In this document: positions 59,922 to 64,000 of the stretch, one piece after another
Position numbering within the stretch: the stretch's first letter is position 1
How the letters are laid out: each line of letters opens with the position of its first letter
From: Eledone cirrhosa
Lineage: Eukaryota
Direction of reading: 5' to 3'
DNA: 64,000 nucleotides
Assembly: GCA_964016885.1 (NCBI GenBank)
Contig: OZ024740.1
Location: 362,142,001-362,206,000 of the forward strand
The notes under the pieces: generated by a model
Told to the model about the DNA's origin: nothing
The model's input: the letters and a program-made list of their open reading frames with translations, nothing else
Database searches by the model: none
Position numbers and translations under genes: made by a program

Positions 59922-60057
59922 TCATCATTTTACGATCGTTTCTAGGATATATATGTGTGTGGTGGTATGTATATCATATAGATCTATGTAAAAATTTTAC
60001 AAACTATCAGAGGGAATATTCATATCCACACATATATATGCTGTCTTCAGAAATAAT
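59922..60057 (-). ncRNA. type I hammerhead with ~100-nt stem II (left-arm copy)
   Basis: TTATTT-CTGAAGA-...-GAAAC-GATC-GTA-AAATGATGA. Confidence 0.68.
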
Positions 60058-60239
60058 TGTTTCTACTTTAGGCACAAGGCCAGCAATTATCCAGTGCATT
60101 ACTGGTACTTTATTTTATCAACCCCGTAAGGATGAAAGGCAAAGTCAACCTCGGCGGGATTTGAACTCAGATCGTAAAGGGACGTAACTATGCTGGAAAG
60201 CATGGCGTCCGACCCTCTACCAATACTGCCAATCCACCG
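60053..60239 (-). mobile_element. SINE family A inserted in the palindrome left arm
   Basis: The right arm shows the empty site ctgtcttcagaaataatgatatttg. Confidence 0.92.
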
Positions 60240-61033
60240 AATGATATTTGTTTATTGAAAAACACCAACAAAGATTTAATATAATAAGTCTGTTTGGGAA
60301 CAGGTTTTGAATTGACCAATAGTAAGTGGTCAAGTTGATAGAATAGTAGTAGTAGAAATTTAATTTAGGGGTATAGGAATGCAGACTTCAGTTTTGAATG
60401 GAAATAATACTTTGAATGAAAAGATTACTTTGAAAAGAGGTCAAGCCGGTGAAAGTTAATGTTAAAATCGAAGGAGAATAAAATTTTAGGATAAATTTGT
60501 TAGTGAGAAATACCAATCTTATTAAAAACATAAGGAATTTAGATCTATAAAAAGAAATTAAATTAATTGATAGGTACTTATAGGGATAAATTTATATTAA
60601 TTCATATAGATATGATAAATATATATTAATTCATATAGATGTGATGTGATAAATTCTTATTTATCACATTTATATGAATTAATATAAATGTATCCCTATA
60701 AGTATACCTATCAATTAATTTAATTTCTTTTTTTAGATCTAAATTCCTTATGTTTTTAATAAGATTGTTATTTCTCACTAACAAATTTATGTTAATCTCC
60801 TTCGATTTTAACATTAACTTTCACCGGCTTGACCTCTTTTCATCCCAAAGTAATATTTCCATTCAAAGTATTATTTCCATTCAAAACTGAAGTCTGCATT
60901 TCTATACCCCTAAATTAAATTTCTACTACTACTATTCTATCAACTTGACCACTTACTATTGGTCAATTCAAAACCTGTTCCCAAACAGACTTATTATATT
61001 AAATCTTTGTTGGGGTTTTTCAATAAACAAATA

Positions 61034-61170
61034 TCATTATTTCTGAAGACAGCATATATATGTGTAGGTATGTATATTCCCTCTGATAGTTTGTAAAATT
61101 TTTACATAGATCTATATGATATACATACCAACACACACATATTTATCCTAGAAACGATCGTAAAATGAGT
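61034..61170 (+). ncRNA. type I hammerhead with ~100-nt stem II (right-arm copy)
   Basis: TCATTATTT-CTGAAGA(61043-49)-long hairpin-GAAAC(61151-55)-GATC-GTA-AAATGA. Confidence 0.72.
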
Positions 61171-61311
61171 AATTTTTTTAATATAAGGAACTGTTTCTTT
61201 GTTTTTATTCATTGTTTTTATTAATTTATATATATATATATATAAATGAAGTAATTCCATCGGAAAAGTCCAGGAAAAAAGAGTGCTCTATGTAGGCAAC
61301 AGAGCTTAATT

Positions 61312-61638
61312 ATTATTATTATGTAATAAACAACATAAGGCAATAATTCCATTTACCAGTAGTTTCTTAAAAGCAAAAAGTTTTGCTTTCAATCCCCAGA
61401 ATGAAAAAATCCTGGTTTGTTTATTGAATTTGGATTATAAAAACAAAAATGCAATCTATATGAAAGCCTCACTTTCAGCCTCACTTTCATATAGATTGCA
61501 TTTTTGTTTTTATAATCCAAATTCAATAAACAAACCAGGATTTTTTCATTCTGAGGATTGAAAGCAAAACTTTTTGCTTTTAAGAAACCACTGGTAAATG
61601 GAATAATTGCCTTATGTTGTTTATTACATAATAATAAT
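61312..61638. repeat. palindrome with ~155-bp arms and a direct-repeat spacer
   Basis: Near-perfect arms; spacer gcctcactttc x2. Confidence 0.93.
61540..61607 (+). ncRNA. type I hammerhead ribozyme, intact core
   Basis: ATTTTTTCATT-CTGAGGA-TTGAAAGCAAA-loop-TTTGCTTTTAA-GAAAC-CACTG-GTA-AATGGAATAAT. Confidence 0.82.
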
Positions 61639-61781
61639 ATATATATATATATACGTATATATATATATATACATACGTATATATATATATACGTATGTAT
61701 ATATGTATGTATATATATACGTATGTATATATGTATATATATATATATATATACGTATGTATATATATACATATATATGCG

Positions 61782-61817
<36 letters not shown>

Positions 61818-61827
61818 TATGTATATA

Positions 61828-61858
<31 letters not shown>

Positions 61859-61882
61859 GCATATATATATACATACATATTC

Positions 61883-61913
<31 letters not shown>

Positions 61914-61962
61914 TAGATACATATATATACATACATATTCATATATGTATATATATATATAT

Positions 61963-62130
61963 ATAGGAACAAGTAAGACCCCGACGGCTGAGCTCAAGCC
62001 ATTTCGACGAAACGGCTTGAGCTCAGCCGTCGGGGTCTTACTTGTTCCTATTACCCACTCTACTACCTTAAGTATTGAGTACTTTGGTGCGTTATGGTCC
62101 ACCTGGTTCCTTACCACATTTCCTTCGTTA
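61963..62130 (+). mobile_element. hairpin-capped short element family P2
   Basis: taggaacaagtaagaccccgacggctgagctcaagcc / exact inverted arm, then tail. Confidence 0.78.
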
Positions 62131-62345
62131 TATATATATATACATATATATACATACATATTCATATATATATATATATATATATATACATATTCATATA
62201 TATATATATATGTATATATATATACATATATATATTCATATATATATGTATATATATATATACATATATATACATACATATTCATATTCATATATATATG
62301 TATATATATATATACATATATATACATATATATACATACATATGC

Positions 62346-62378
<33 letters not shown>

Positions 62379-62387
62379 TACATATGC

Positions 62388-62418
<31 letters not shown>

Positions 62419-62420
62419 GC

Positions 62421-62451
<31 letters not shown>

Positions 62452-62514
62452 TATATATACATACATATGCATATATATATGTATATATATATACATATAT
62501 ATACATACATATGC

Positions 62515-62546
<32 letters not shown>

Positions 62547-62729
62547 TAGTAAAAGGAAAAGAAAATGCTGAGAAATTTTTCCCAGTGAAAAATAGTTTAA
62601 TTAGGAATAAGTAAAAATTAGTAATAAGTATTGGTTAGTATTCAGTTTTAGTTTTAAGTTTTTACCGGTTGCGCATTTCTAATGCTTTTCAAAAATAATT
62701 TTGAGATAGAGCGCCCGTGATGTTTGCTC

Positions 62730-63683
62730 TCATCTGATTAGTTTTGGAAATTCTACCTGTTTTATGTGAAAAAAGTGGCTCCAGATACACACACATATAT
62801 ACATATATATACACATATATCTCCCCAAGAAAGACCATCTGAGATCATGGATTTTATTCCTACAATCTTGCTTAGAGTCTACACTTGGATCTCCTGCTGG
62901 CTGGTTTTGCCTGTAAAATCTGTCCAGCAAGTCTTTCCACATTCTAACCACATGCCCATAGTATCGGAGTATTGATCTCTCAATTTAGGGAAGTAGTGGC
63001 TCTACCAGGAGTGACTCTCTGAGCTACGCACTCTATTAAGTAAAGTTACTCCAAGGACTCTTTGGAGAAACCCTATTTTGACTATTTGTATTCACTTTCA
63101 TATTCTTTTGGTTATTACCCAAGATTCATGACCATAGATAAGTGTTGGCATGAATACCAAATTGAAGATAGTGAGTTTGGCTTTTACACCTACCTCCCTT
63201 CTTCTGAGGACTGAATGTTGAAGCTGGTGCATTACTGCACCATCACCTGCAATTCTTGCCCTTAATTCGGTCTTTTATCATTGATGAATACGATCCAGAG
63301 ATACTTGGACTTCTCCACCTGCTTTCGTGAAACTGTATTCACATATCAAGTGCACTGCACAAGCTTCCTTATGCTTTCAGCACCAAACCTATCGAGTGTA
63401 AATTGGAGATCACCTTCTGTTGAATTATGCAATACCATGTCGTCTTCAAATTGCTGTTGAGTGATACCAATTCCAATCTGGCTGCGCATGTCAATCCAGC
63501 ACATGGAAATAATGAACAGGAGAGGTGGCAGTACACACCCTTGGCATATTCCGGCTCCTACATTGAATGGTTCCGATTTAGCACCATTTATATGAACACA
63601 AAAAGTCAGGTATTCACATAGAGACAAGAAGCTGACCATTAATCCCATACTCCTGCAGAACCTTGCACAGCAGGTCACCTGGA
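62730..63683 (-). mobile_element. decayed RTE-clade LINE RT fragment (different family)
   Basis: LQEYGING..INGAKSEPFNVGAGICQGCVLPPLLF..FEDD. Confidence 0.82.
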
Positions 63684-64000
63684 ATATATATGTATATATA
63701 CGCACATATAAACACTGACTTTGATACATTTAAACACATACACACACCGCTCAATGATAACACAAGTGAGGAGACATAGTTCATGTTATATGTTCTTAGA
63801 AAAGAAATTTTTAAATAGAAAAAAATTAGGCTGATAATCAATGAAATCTAAGAATTCCAACAATTTATCTAAGAATGAGTTGAAAAACTTACGCCTCATC
63901 ACCTTGACTAATTGGATTTGACCCTTGAAAAAATTTACCAATTACAAATATTAGAAATATTAGAAATTAATTATTAGCAAATTATGACTGGGGGCGCTTC

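Larger units (their letters stand above)
59865..61229. repeat. giant palindrome (~570-600-bp arms, 4-nt loop at 60655-60658) with a hammerhead in each arm
   Basis: Arms align by eye along their whole length; the left arm is interrupted by a SINE. Confidence 0.93.

Overview
AT-rich, intron-rich animal DNA. The repeat landscape (huge TA arrays, CORE-type tRNA SINEs, RTE/CR1 LINEs) and the protein sequence point to a mollusc, most likely an octopus (inference). Positions 105-30502 (+) carry 24 GT-AG exons of twitchin (unc-22/projectin family). They join into one open frame of 3795 nt (1265 codons): Fn3-Fn3-Fn3-Ig-Ig-Fn3-Fn3-Ig-Ig-Fn3-linker-kinase. The kinase core ends at 30502, and I could not find the exon for the autoinhibitory C-terminal tail in the remaining 33.5 kb, which therefore looks like one giant intron. 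That intron holds a candidate 39-nt or terminal exon (50375), nested LINEs, a split TIR element, and a cluster of palindromic or tandem Penelope-like elements from several unrelated families. These carry type I hammerhead ribozyme motifs, three of them sense to the twitchin pre-mRNA. All alignments and folds were done by eye.
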